From positions 1 through 56,944 of the forward strand of contig JAHBMJ010000103.1 in NCBI GenBank assembly GCA_018398765.1: 56,944 bases of DNA. Direction: 5' to 3'. Source of the DNA: Chromera velia. Its lineage: Eukaryota. The notes under the pieces are model-generated. The model searched no databases. It saw only the letters and a program-made list of their open reading frames with translations, and was not told where the DNA came from. Positions 12,104 through 27,900 of this stretch are shown here, piece after piece (the first letter of the stretch is position 1; each line of letters starts with the position of its first letter). Both the position numbers and the translations under genes were made by a program.

Positions 12104-13737
12104 GAGAGACAGAGAGAGACAGAGAGGGAGAGAGAGAGACAGAGAGAGACAGAGAGAGACAGAGAGAGACGAAGAGAGACGGAGAGAGACAGAGAGAGCG
12201 GAGACTGACTGCATGCGGATTTCAACGTCGTTCTTCATCCTCTCGCCGATGTCATTGAGGGTCTTCAGCTGGGACCGCCCGGTCTGATGGTCTCTGGCAG
12301 CGGTACGTTGGGGGGGAAAGTGCGGGGGGAGGTCGGAGGCTGTTGCTGCGGGGCCGAATGCGTCGGATGAGAGAGAGCGTTGGTGCACAAGGGGGGGGGA
12401 CACAGGAGGAGGTCGGATGACTTGAGAAGGGGCGTGGGCTGCAGCTGCCGTCTGGCCAGGGTCCTGCATGGGGGGGGGGGAGAAAAAGATAAGAAGGGAA
12501 AGGACAGGAGAGACAATTTCGTGCAATCTTCTGGCTGAAAGTCGGGGATTCGGGAAATGTAGGCGCGATGTGAGTTTATTCCTACACCTTTAGGCAAAGC
12601 TTTCTTTGCAAATCTGTGGCTTGCTTTCATAGATCTGGAAGAAAAAAAAGGGAGGAATGAAACACGTAAGGAGCAAATTGTGGGGAGTTTTTTTCTCTTG
12701 TTTTCTTTTCTTTTTGCTGACCTCCACCGAGGCTCTCCTCTCAGACTGGTTGAACTGATCGTATACGAGGGATCCTCTTCTGTCTCTTAGTTCTCCATTT
12801 CTGTCTCTCTCTTGAGTCGTTCCATCGCCCTCATCAAGGTCCGAGTTTCTCTCGTCTGTCGCCATCGTCCGGGCACGCAGGGGCGTGTCGGCCCCCCTTT
12901 CCAGCAGGTGTCCGGCAGTGAAGCCTCTGTGGAGATCCGTCGAGCCTTGACGCTGAAATTGAGGGGGGAGATCCCGTGCCCTCTGGGTGTGTTGCATGAT
13001 CGGCGGTCCGCCTGTGGGGAGGATCTGCACTCATTCATTCATTCATTTATTTCGATCTGAATGATTGAGTGCATGTGCTTGTCAAGGACGCAGTCAGTGG
13101 ATGCATCGACGGAGAGAGTGCATGGGAACCGCCCTTTGACTTCTGCATGTCTACCCTCTGAAGGCATGGGGAAAGACGGCAGAGGAAAAAGAAACGAGAA
13201 AAAGAAGACAAAGGGCAAAGCAAGGAGGTGGAAGCGCGACCTCGGAAGAAAAGGGAGGAACACTGACCGACATCAAAAGTGACAGGGATCGGGGGCACAG
13301 AAGTGAGAGAGAAATGTCAGATTTGTGCCCATCTGTCTCCAGCATAAAGTCTCTTTTTTCTCAGCCTTGTCCTCTGCTCTGAGTGCCTCTCTGAGTGCTT
13401 TAATGCCATCTTTCGTTCAAAATCCCACTCATTCAGCCTCTCTTTGGGTACCAACCTCATTGTAGAAGTTCTTGCTAGAGTTCTTGTTCACTTTTTCCAG
13501 TACTTCGCGAGACCAGTCAGGAGCACGAAGACCCTCAAAGCACTGATCGTCATGAAAAGCGCCCTGCTGCCCCTTGAAGTCTGCAGATGTTAATGAGTGC
13601 CAAAAGGGGGGGAAAGGGTCGGGGGGGGTTAAGGGGGGGTCTGTGTACTGTGGTTGGTGGAGGTTGAAACGGGGGCTGTTCTCCCCGACAGCAACTTTCC
13701 TCCCCCATCCCTGAGGACTGTTGTCGCCGACTTGCAT
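10044..13737 (-). CDS. Pro-rich protein with a C-terminal broken ApiAP2 domain (possibly pseudogenising); exons 13737-13456, 13024-12722, 12463-12210, 11046-10044
   Basis: Four exons with phase-consistent GT-AG junctions (0, 0, 2). The C-terminus [18 protein letters not shown]...GKRKY is clearly homologous to the AP2 domain at about 14185-14350. Confidence 0.6.
10306..12440. repeat. About 150-bp internal duplication (10306-10460 and 12284-12440) encoding [15 protein letters not shown]...RDHQ
   Basis: Near-identical DNA and peptide in two exons of the same gene. Confidence 0.85.
11609..12204. repeat. Compound (GA)n/AGAGAC/GGAGAGAGAC microsatellite (intronic)
   Basis: Directly visible. Confidence 0.95.
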
Positions 13738-13824
13738 AGCGGCTGAAGGTTGCTCAGTCTGGATATCTATATGGATATCTTAATTCGCATGCGCTTTTTT
13801 TTTTTTTTTTAATGAGCCACAAAT

Positions 13825-13870
13825 GGGCCACAAACGCCCATGCATGCACTGCGCGGCGGCGGCCCGTACA
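13825..13870. promoter_or_regulatory. Candidate bidirectional promoter core with CATGCATGCA and a GC-rich tract
   Basis: Lies between divergent ATGs at 13737(-) and 14015(+). TGCATGCA is an established ApiAP2-bound motif in apicomplexans. Confidence 0.4.
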
Positions 13871-14014
13871 CACGTTTGCTCGCGTCTGACAAGAGACTAT
13901 CACAAGCAAATGGAAGCAATACGAGTCTCCATCTGAGTCCATCAGCCGTCGACCCAGTCTGTCGAGCAGTTGGCTACAGCAGTCTCCACCCCACGTGCTT
14001 TACAAGCTGCCAGG

Positions 14015-14990
<976 letters not shown>

Positions 14991-15169
14991 CACGGAGATG
15001 ATGTCGGCAACTGCTTCCTCCGCTCAAAGAACGCTCTGCCAGGTGAGGAAGGTCCAGTCCGTGTCACAGCATCTGACGCCAGTTTGTGTCCGTCTGTGCG
15101 TCGTTCAGTCTCGGTCGTGGAGATCTTCTGTTCTGTACTTTTTCTTGCTTCCTCCCTGTACCTTCATAT

Positions 15170-16170
15170 GACCGTCTGCCTCTGTCGATCTATCTGTTTG
15201 CCTTCCTGTTTGAAGGTCTGTCTGCCTCCCTGCTTGCCTGTCTGCCTCTCTCGCCTTTCTGTCTGTCTGCCTGCCTGCCTGTCTGTTCAGTCTGCCTCTT
15301 TCGATGTCTGTCTGTCTTTCTGTCTGCCTGCCTGTCTGTTCAGTCTGCCTCTTTCGATGTCTGTCTGTCTTTCTTTCTGCCTGCCTGTCTGTCTGTTTGT
15401 CTGTCTGTCTGTTCAGTCCGCCTCTTTCGATGCCGGCATGTCTTTCTTCCTGTCTGCCCGCCTGCCGTTCCGTCTGTTCAGTTTGCTTCTTTCGATACCG
15501 GCATGTCTTTCTTCCTATCTGCCTGCTGCCTGTCTGACTGTTCAGTCTGCCTCTTTCGATGTCTGTCTGTCTTTCTGTCTGCCTGCCTGCCTGTCTGTCT
15601 GTTCAGTCCGCCTCTTTCGATGCCGGCATGTCTTTCTTCCTGTCTGCCCGCCTGCCGTTCCGTCTGTTCAGTTTGCTTCTTTCGATACCGGCATGTCTTT
15701 CTTCCTATCTGCCTGCTGCCTGTCTGACTGTTCAGTCTCCCCCTTTCGATGCCTGGATGTCTGTCTTTCTGTCTGCCTGCCTGCCTGCCTGCCTGTCAGT
15801 TTGCCCGTCTGCCTGTCTGTCTGCCTTCCTTTCTCTCTGCCTCCTGTCTGCCTTCCCGTCTCCCTGTCTTCCTGCCTTCCTTTCTCTCTGCCTGCCCGTC
15901 TGCCTGCCTGTCTGTCTGCCTCCCTTCCCGTCTGCCTTCCTTTCTCTCTGCCTCCTGTGTGCCTGCCCGTCTGCCTGTCTGTCTGCGTTCCTTTCTCTCT
16001 GCCTCCTGTGTGCCTGCCCGTCTGCCTGTCTGTCTGCGTTCCTTTCTCTCTGCCTCCTGTGTGCCTGCCCGTCTGCCTGTCTGTTTGCCTTCCTTTCTCT
16101 CTGTCTGTCTGTCTGCCTGTCTGTCTGCCTTCCTTTCTCTCTGCCTCCTGTGTGCCTGCCCGTCTGCCTG
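15170..16170. repeat. Degenerate CTGC/CTGT satellite with higher-order units (190-bp and about 50-bp periods)
   Basis: A block beginning gttcagtccgcctctttcgatgccggcatg occurs at 15411 and 15601; about 50-bp units from about 15940 to 16170. Confidence 0.9.
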
Positions 16171-16546
16171 CGGAAGAGAAATAAAGAATGGCATAGAGTC
16201 TGCTTGGCGGCCTGAAAACCTGTCGTCTGCCTGTCGGCCTGTCTGAATAACCAGTCGGGGGTTGAGAGGGAGGTGAAGAAAAAAGAGAAATAGATGCTGT
16301 CAATTTAGCCGGCGAAATAGATGCTGCGCGGCACCAAGTTAGAGGGAACGAAAACAGAAGAAAAGCAAGCATGATGCTGTGTGTCTCCGTTTGAGTGTCC
16401 TGGAGAAATGGAGAGTCTAGAGTTTTTGTGTCACACTCCGGCATAGTCTGTCGACCTCATGTGTTGCCTGCTGTGTCTCTGTAATCTGTGGTATCCTGAG
16501 TTCCTGCCCAATTTTCGATCCGTCGCCCCACGAAACTTTGCGATAG

Positions 16547-18473
<1,927 letters not shown>

Positions 18474-18619
18474 TCTAACCTTTACGTTTCGCGGACTCCA
18501 ATTTGTTGTGCTGTCCTTCCTGTGAGTCACACTGATTGCACTCAGTTGCTCACCTGTCTGACCTTCATGACCGTCTTACCCGCTTTCTCTCCCCCCCCCC
18601 CTCTCTCTCTGTTCCGATC

Positions 18620-18655
<36 letters not shown>

Positions 18656-18767
18656 AGTGTCCATTCTTTCTTTCGCCTCTGAAGATCGACTGAGCAAAGG
18701 GCTTGATGATGCTTGCTGCATGTTCATGATATTTCGGTGTTGAGAAGGCCATGCATGTTCATGATAT

Positions 18768-18832
18768 TTCGGTCTCTTCGCGGTAAGGGAGATTCTCCCC
18801 CAACACGAGATCGTGTACAGATGCGGGGGTGT
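18768..18832 (+). pseudogene. Relic second copy of the last SET exon with a 1-nt deletion
   Basis: ttcggtctcttcgcggtaagggagattctccccaac-acgagatcgtgtacagatgcgggggt reads [21 protein letters not shown], versus [21 protein letters not shown] at 18309. Confidence 0.75.
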
Positions 18833-20399
18833 TCCTCTCCCAGCCCCAGGTCCTTCAGCAAGGAATGAAGGGACAGGTTGCTCGTCAAGTTCGGTTCTGA
18901 GAAGGCCGTCTGGCTCCGCTGAGCGATCCACAAGGGGAAGCTGACTTCTCCTCCTACCTTTTGTTTTTGCTGTTGCATTGCTTGCGCACAGGTGCAAGTC
19001 TGTCTGACCTGCGTAACTGTCTGACAATCTGTATGTGTTTTCTTGCGGTGCTGAGCACAGGTGCAAAGGCCCTTCTGACACTCCGCAGCATCTTCATGAT
19101 ATTGCGATGCTGATGAGTGGGGTGCTTTCAGTTTCGAGACCACCCGGAGGAGAAATGGGGTGTTCCCAAGTCTTTTTCTTTTCTGCATGTTAGATTTGAT
19201 GTTAACGGAAACACCTTCCGCATGCTTGTTTGCATGCTAAATGTGTCGTTAGGCCTTTCAAGGGGAGGGGGTACTCGAGAGAAGAGGAGAACAAGTGGCC
19301 TGACCCCTCGTTTTTGATATTTGTTCATGGTAGACATATTTATTTGTGCACTCAAAACAATCAGTTTGTGCATATAGAATCCTGCAGCTGTGCGAGTTGC
19401 ACTCTCCTGCGTTCATTCATTCCCTGTTTTATTTCCAGTTCTTCCTGTTCGTTGTGTTCATCCCTCCTTTTCTCTTTTATTCCTTCGTCCCTCTGTGTTT
19501 GCTGGTTTGCTTGATCCTTTCCTCTTTTTTTGCTGCGTGCCTGTCTGCCTGCCTTCCTCCATTTTGTGTGTGTGTGCAAGTTCTGTCTTCCCACTACACC
19601 ATGCACGGTAGACTCCAATCAACACTCCACTCCTTGTTTGGACGGGAGGCAGAAGAAGAGAACCAGCAGGGAGAGAGGGGGGGGGTTTCTTGTTGTAACC
19701 TGTAACAGAAAGGGAACAAAGAGAAGGCCTTGTCGAGAAGAGACAGGATGTGGAAGGGCGGAGAGGCAACCCTACAGTAGACCTGAGATGCAGATGCAGA
19801 TGCACTCCGTTTCCTGCCAAAGCTTCAGCGCTTCTTCGTAATCAGAGCTGACATCTTCCAACATCTTCAGACGCCCATTCAGCGCATTTTCGAACACTGC
19901 TACACAGCTGCAGTACCCTCCCACTGAGATCGCGCCAGTGTAAGAACGAATCACTAAAAGGAAGGGGCGGAAGAAAGAGGGGGAGCTCTTCCGCCATCAC
20001 AGTGAAGAAAAATCTAGAAAAGAGAAAAGGAAGACAAAGAAATTAATACAGTCTGCAAGTCTTCGCTTTATCTTCTCTTCCCTGCTTCCCCCCTTGTTTG
20101 TTTGTTCGCTTTCTCTTTCTTTTCTTTTCATTGATTCCGATTATCTGAAGCACCTTTGCTTTGATGGGCATGCGATCTTCGATGGCGCCAAATTTTCTAC
20201 GCGATAGACAAAAACTGCAGTGACTGCATGAAGTGGGGCTGGGTGTTCAAAGGTCTCGGGTGTCTGCAGGGTTGTGAACGACTGAAGTGGGTCGATGACG
20301 GCTTGTTAGATTTGGCCCAATTTCTCCTAGAAGGTCTTCCGTTGGGGTATGCCGGGTTTCTGTGTGCTTGCATAGCGTGGCGTGTGCTTGCGTAAGCAT

Positions 20400-21010
20400 A
20401 TAAGTTGACATCTGCCTTTCTTAGTGCTTAAGAATCGTGATTTGGCCAGTACTCAAGGCGCATGAAATCTGGCACGAAATACAAATGTACCGTCACTGTA
20501 CACGTGCACACGTACACATAAATCTGACTATTCAAATACTATTAAATCATAGGCTCAAATATTAACAAATTTTTTAGCCCACCGCCAACCGGGAATTTAG
20601 AGTGAAAAGGTGAAGGTTAAACCATATGCAAGACATATCTTGGTAAAACCTATAGGAATGTAGACAGGTTCCAACTTGAATTAAGAGGAAATTAAAGGAA
20701 TTTATGATTAAGATTTATATGTTCCGGGTTCTTCCGTGGTCCACTGCCAGGAGTAGGCTTACACCGTTTGATGGTTTAAGCTTAATCTAAGCCTAGCCTT
20801 ACCATACAGGAATTAGTAACAGGATTCTAAAGGAATTTAAAAACAGGAATTTAGAGGAATTTAGCAATTTTTCTAGCCATTTTAGCTATAATTTTTCTAA
20901 ACTTGCAGGATACATGCAGTCTATATATAATGCAGGCATCGGTGACCGGTACCACCGGCCAGCTTCATTTTTATTCAAAAATTTCTGAACAAAGTCTGCT
21001 CAGTAACCTC
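20400..21010. other. AT/TpA-rich island with repeated (A)GGAATT(T) motifs
   Basis: No ORFs; GGAATT-like motif repeated at about 20592, 20687-20703 and 20809-20863. Confidence 0.6.
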
Positions 21011-21562
21011 AGTTACAAAGGTAATTAGACGGATGAACTCTAAGATGAACCGGCATGCAGATAAAAGCTCTTTGACTACAGCTCAAACGGTTTTTGAACT
21101 GCCAGTGATGACAGCCGATAATCAAGCTAGAAATGATACTTGTTCTACGTCGCACTCACTCCAGCATGAATTGCATCAAAACTGTGGGAATGCGTGGTAC
21201 GTGCATAACTCTTTTCGTCTCTGTGACGGACCAACTAAAACATGTCCTTTCCATTCATCATGTTCAATGACCGAAGCGAGGTGAATGCCGGGCTGTCCTG
21301 TTGGCCTCCACCCTTAAATTCACACGGCATGACTGCCTTGAGAATAAGGAGAGATCCGGTATTTACAGCCAGTACTGGTTTGTGTCGATGCCATTTGGGC
21401 GCAATTCACATTTGTAGTGTCAATTTGCAAACATGAATTCAGTGCAACCTGCCCAGAAAGGACTGTTGGCTTGCGGCATGCATACTGTTGAGGTTCTTCC
21501 ATGCAGACCGACATGAACCCTCTTCGACTAAACAAAACTTGAACGAAGAGACAAGCTCTCTC

Positions 21563-23872
21563 TTATCTCCCTCCCCCCCTCCCTCTCCCTCCCCGTGAAA
21601 ACCCCCCGCGAGAACCAGAACCTCCTCCGGAAAATCCCCCCCTACCCNNNNNNNNNNNNNNNNNNNNNNNNNNNNNNNNNNNNNNNNNNNNNNNNNNNNN
21701 NNNNNNNNNNNNNNNNNNNNNNNNNNNNNNNNNNNNNNNNNNNNNNNNNNNNNNNNNNNNNNNNNNNNNNNNNNNNNNNNNNNNNCATTACGGGGTCTCT
21801 TGGAAAAACCGCGGAACCCATCGTCCTCTGCCCCTCTTTTCATACCCCCACCGCGACCCGACCCACCCACTCGCCCAAAGCTCCCGCCCCCCCCTCCCCT
21901 TCCTCCTCTGCCCCTCATCCAGTTGGAACTTGAGGGATTGCGGCCTGACTTCAGGAGTCTCTGCTTCGTTGCCTCGTCCATCACGTCTCCTGGTCTGTCC
22001 CTCTGCTGATCCTTGTCGATCAGAGCCGGGAGCTCCGTCACGACTTCGATCACGTTGGGGGCCTGCAGGAAGGAAGGAGGGAAGGAAGGAAGGGAGGAAG
22101 GAAGGAAGGGAGGCCAATGGACGCGGAGGTCGTCACGTCAGTGCAGCATGTGACATGACACGGAGGGGAACTTCAGCAGGCGTTGACAGGTTCCTCCAGG
22201 CCATGCAAGACATACGAAGGGCATGCATGTATACATTTGTCGCGTCTGTCAGCATTCTCTGTCTTTCTCACTCGGTCTCAGCAAAAAAACGCAGTCGATC
22301 ACTTTCTTCTGCGAAGCGAAAGAGGAAAGAGAAAACAAGAAAGAGAGCATGACAGAATGGGAGCCGACTCATCAATTTTTCTTCTGTCTTAATTGAAGGA
22401 GGAGCATGAATGCAAGCAGGCTGGCTGATCTTTTTGACTCACAGCAGGGCTCTGATTGCCGAGTGCCTTCTCGATTGCGGCAACGAAATCCGGGCCGACG
22501 TCGAAGACGGCTCCTGATCGGTCAGCCATGATGCTCACGGCACTCAACTGAAAGTCATGCATACACAGGGGGGAAAGAAAGAACTGTCGCACGAACCTCA
22601 CATAAACCGTGAACTAAAAAGCAAGTTGGGGAATGATGGAAGGTCCGGAACGCGGTTTGGTGCACCAAAACGTCAATATCGAGATACAATAAGATCAATC
22701 TTTAGCAGTATTTTGCGATTTTAACAACTCAGCGAGGGACTTTGCATCAAACACGGAAGGGAAAGCACGACAAAAAAAAGAAGAAGAATACAGAGATGAA
22801 AAAGAAAGGAAAAAGGAGGTTTACAAGAGAGAGCAACTCGGTTTTCTTCTTTCTACAGGGAGGCATTGATTTGTTGGTTTCTCTGAGTGGTTCACTCACT
22901 GACCACCTGCGCGTTCTCCCTATCGAATCCTCCCAAGAGTCTGTCTACAGCGTTCCACACATACCCGGCAGCCCGCACCTCGGCACCGTTCTGCTTTCAA
23001 TTCAAGCGGGAAGAGGGGGGGCGTGGAGAAAGGGACCGAACGCACAGCCAGACAGATAAAGGGACTCTCAATGAAAATAGACAGATCACATACAAAACAC
23101 GAAGAGGCTGTGGAAGGACGGGAAAGATTCTGTGCAAACCTTTTCAGAAGTCACCCGAGGAATTTGTGCAACATGACCGCAATAGAAGCAAAACATTCAG
23201 GGATGTCGTCTTGCTCCTCATCCTCCCAGAGAGAGGAGAGGAGAGGGGAGGAGAGACTCACCCTCATTTTCATCTGGAAGGTCTTGAAGCCCTCCCTTCC
23301 AGTCAGAAGAGACCGAGCCTTCAGTTTAGAAGGATCGCTGTACCCGGCAAGTTCGCACAGACATCTTCGAAGTGCCCCATCGACACCTGTAAGGCAAGTA
23401 TAAGCACGATCAAATAGGGACTCACAATTGCAGAAATCTCCGTATGCGTACCGAACAAATAACGAGCACATGATCTCACTGTCCTGGTATGACGTGCAGA
23501 CAAGTCCCGTAGAGGACAATCTCCGAGACAAAGAGGTACACAGAACACGAGCAGATTTGCTCACTTCAGAGTGTCCCGCACTTTACGCTTTCTGCCTGTG
23601 TCTTTCCTCATGCCCCTGCACTGACCGTATTCGTCTGTGAGCATTTTGACTGCCGGATCGAACTTTGCCAGAGTCTCCTCAGGCAGATTGATTTCCTTCA
23701 AAGAGTCGACAACTGCAGCGGCGGTGCTTCCCATCAGCTGCTCTGGAAGAGGGGCGCCCACCCTCTCGAATCTCACACCCGTCTGGGCCTCGATGACTTC
23801 AAGAAAGAGAAGGTCCATATGGTTCACAAACGCTGCATGCATGCATGCTTGCATTCATCAGGCAGGCACACA

Positions 23873-23911
<39 letters not shown>

Positions 23912-24839
23912 TTTCATACACGTGTTGTTGATACTTGCTGCATGCATGCATGAATTCATCAGGCAGGCACACATACATGTATGTGTGTATTCATACACGT
24001 GTTGTTGATACATGCAGCCTTTCGAGGGAGCATAGATGTCAGTTTTCGTGTGCGCACGGGTTCCATCAAACCTCCCTCTGCATGTCGCAAACAACAGCCC
24101 CATGCAAACAGTGAATGACAGCAAAAAAACTGACTCAGGCAGGTTCCCTTCCTGAATGCTCTCCCCGTTCTTCCCGCTCTGTGCACGTATGTGTCCACAT
24201 CCTTCGGGGGTTTCAGTTGAATCACAAGCTCCACGTCGTCAACGTGCAGCCCTCTGGCAGCCACATCGGTGGCAACCAGGCAACGGAATCGGCCTTCTCT
24301 GCAAAGGAAGGAAAAAGACGGATGAGGACCAACCAATGCATTGGCAGACGGACAGAAAAAACGCACGCCCACAGAGAGCTACAGCCTCGTCTTCTTTCTC
24401 CATTTGCCTGGCTGAATAGCCCAGTAAAGTCTCCACTGTGAACACAAACTGGCATGAAACAGCTCATACGAGCTAAAAAAAAAAGAATTTGGGGGGGCAA
24501 TCGAGTAGCTCCTTGTGGCTATGCGAACGTAAAAGGCCGAAGCACAGCCAGACATGACTGAAAAAATGCGGTGAGGAAGACAATACCCGGAGTTGAACAG
24601 AAAGCAATGCTGACTTGAAGGCAGTCAGAGTTGTTTCACGTTGTGCTTGCGGAATGTCTCCGTGAAGAGCCTGGCAGTTGTCTCTGCACACAAGGGAAAA
24701 AAAGGGAAGGGAAGGGAAGGGAAGGGAAGGGAAGAAGTGAGAGATTTGAGGGAAAAGAATAATTTGAAACCGCGCCAGATGAAAGAACGAGGAGGGACTA
24801 GGAAAAGGGAACGCAGAAAAAGGACCCCCCCCACCCACC

Positions 24840-24918
<79 letters not shown>

Positions 24919-27900
24919 GGGGGGGGGGGGGGCCGGGGGGGGAGTGGCAACTCAACCCTGAGATCAAGGCAAACTTACTCCCTTTTTTCTCTGAATTTCC
25001 TGACCGAATAGATGAGAAGAGAGCAATGTCGTTTGCCTCCTGTTTCGTCTCTGTGAAGACAATGCAGCGTCCATGGAGACCTGCGTAGACCGTCAGGGCG
25101 TCCCCTAGAGTCTTCGCTCTCTCTGCGTAGGGAATCTGCAGCAAGAAGCAAACAAGACATCATGAGCGAAGCATCAATCAACCGCCAAGGAAAGCGTTGC
25201 CACCCGACCCTCTTTTTGCAATTTGCTTAATCGACGTCTCTCTGTTTGCTCACCTTCATTGCAAGGTGCTTGATCGAGGAGGATCCTCCCTTCGCGTTCT
25301 GTTCCCCAACCACGTCAATCGTCTTCATGTTGTCCTCCTTCATGAACCTGCATACACATGCAGGCATTCACACATGCACACACATGTATGCACATACGCG
25401 TAGGGGAGGTGAGGGGAAGACAGAGTCAGAGAGGCATCACAACAGAGAAGCAAACAGACACGCAGAGAGAAAGAGACAGGATAGAGAGCCACCCTCATAA
25501 GCAAGCAACCCACCGACCGAGAAGCGAGACCCTCAACCCAGTCAGGCAGGGTCGCGGTGAAGAGAAGAGTCTGGAACTCCTTTGCCCCCTTCTCGCCCTC
25601 CTCTTCCCCCTTCTCCTTCTCCCTTTCCTCCTGGATCCATCCGAAAATTTCCTCCACGTCCTCCTTGAAGCCCATGTCCAGCATCTGGTCGGCCTCGTCC
25701 AAAATCAACGCCCTCAACTTGCCAAACCTGCAGGGAGGCAGACACACACATACACAGTGAGGGAGCCATACGTAGTGAGAGTTGCCGGGAGATGATTCCT
25801 TTGCGTCCCCCCTGCAGACACGTACGTCCATACAGGGAATCGGAAGGAAAAACACCGAATTAAGCGCACTGTGCGAGGAAGAGTTGTTTTTGAATGACGG
25901 ATGTTTGTGTGTGTAAGTCAGGAGAGCATGCAAGGTTTCCAACAAAGGCAACACAGGAAGCGCAGGCGAGATCGGTCTGTCGTACTGACTTGAGGACTCC
26001 CTGCTCCCTCAAGTCCTTCACTCTCCCTGGAGTTCCCACAACGATGTCGATGCCGTCTCTGAGGGCCTGGCACTGCGGGCCCATGGCCGCTCCTCCGTAG
26101 ATGCAGAGCTGCTTGAAGCGGTCGACTGCGATGAGGTCAAATTCCTTGGAGACCTGCAAAGATCAGATGCCAGGCGAAAAGGAGAGAAAACGGTAGAAAC
26201 GGACGAAGATGGACGGACAGACAGACAGATGGACAGCCTGCAGAGAAAATGCCAGGAGAGAAAGAAAATAGGAAAGCGAAGAAAAGGAAGGGAAGGGAAA
26301 CGAACGCGCACGCACACGCACACACACCCCCACGCACACACTCTCACACGCACGGAAAGGGAGGGGGGGTGAAAGCCAGAGACGTCGACAGCCGCACCCC
26401 CCATCCAATCCCAGCCAGCCCAACCTACTCACCCACCCACCCACCTGCATTGCCAGCTCTCTTGTCGGCAGAAGGACAAGAACCTGAGGAGCCCTCCCCC
26501 TGAACGACGGAGGAGACACAGACAGGGAGAGAGAGGGGCAGGGAGGCAATCACAGGAATGAATCCGCAGATGGGCAGACCGATAAGAAAGCAAGTTAGGA
26601 GGCACGACGACAGAGCGGAAGGACGTTTTATTGCATGGTCCAAGAACACACGCACAATCCCTGCCTGCACCCCTTCCCCTCAAGGGCCGCCTCCATTCTT
26701 TCTCTTCCACGCTCTCCCTTCTCTTCCTCTCTGTTCTGTCCATCGCCCCTTCCCATCCCGGTCCCACACTCGACTGCCCACAGAGAGAGAGCTTGCATGA
26801 AAATTTCCCCATGTAACGACCATGCATCCCGACATGCACTAACCTCTTCCCCGTCTTGAACCTTCCTTTCGCGATCATCCGTTCCGCCAGAGGGAGAGCG
26901 AAGGACAGCGTCTGCAGAGGAGCAGGAAACCATGCAGAAGAGACGAGGCAAGGCGGGCAGAAGAAAGAAACATAAATGACGTGGAGGTACCTAAGTAAGG
27001 GAAAGTGGAAGGAAGGCACGCAGACATCCAAAAGAAGCGTGCAAAGGGGACAAAATGTACAAAGAAGGAGGGGTTCAGGAAAGAAAGCGTGACCGAGGCA
27101 CACCAATGACATCAGAGACAGGAAGCCACGAAGAGCCATGCCTCCGTCCCCGGAACAACTCCCGCCGCCCTCCGGTTCCTTCCCCCGCAGCCCCCCTTCC
27201 TCTACTTTCCTGCCGTCCCTTCAGATTGGACGCTCTCCTTAAAATTCCCTTCATCCCTCCCTCCAATCCTGTTCAGACCTCCTTTCTCGCACAGACCTTT
27301 CCAGTTCCTGCAAACAGACAGACCAGGAAACACACACAGGTTGAACAAAATACAGAATCAGCGAGTAGCTGTTGTTCGTGAACTCCAAATGGGACACCCG
27401 TCTACGTTCGGGATACACAAACGCATCTCTCATTCGTATCCAGACACCAGTTCGCCGCCCCTTTCACCCCATAAACACCGGATTTCCATTGAATCCCCTT
27501 CACTTGCACACCTGACCTGTACGGGCCCTCCCGATGACGTCATACTTGTCGTAGATGAGGTCAAAGGTCTTCTCCTGAATGGGGAAAAACCGCTCGATCC
27601 CTCTATCTGCAATCAGCAACACAGTGTGACGAATGCGAAGTGGCCCCTAGAATGAAAAAGCCGACAGTACACCCGGAGCAGCCGAGGCACTCACCTTTAA
27701 GCGCCTCCAGAGTTTCCGCGCTCACCTGCATATGACAGATAACAGGGAGAGAGTCAGAGACGCCTCTTTTCAGAGTGCCATTCAGAAGGGCAACACCGAT
27801 CCACCTACCCGGTAGTCTGCAATGAGGGGTCCGGCGCTGTCCTTCTTCTCCCCACTTGTTTCAGGCGCTTTCTTGGACTTCTTAATGGGGGAGCCTGCAG

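Noticed and set aside
11392..12287. Arg/Glu- and Ser/Leu-repeat ORFs
   Set aside because: Artefacts of the (GA)n compound microsatellite.
12588..12634. Candidate exon with an in-frame TAA as a third readthrough case
   Set aside because: Its phase does not fit the next exon; skipping it gives a consistent model.
15084..16444. Cys/Leu/Pro/Ser-rich long ORFs
   Set aside because: Translations of the CTGY satellite.
19772..20375. Possible minus-strand gene with TAG/TAA at Gln-like positions
   Set aside because: No phase-consistent model and no recognisable homology; too speculative.
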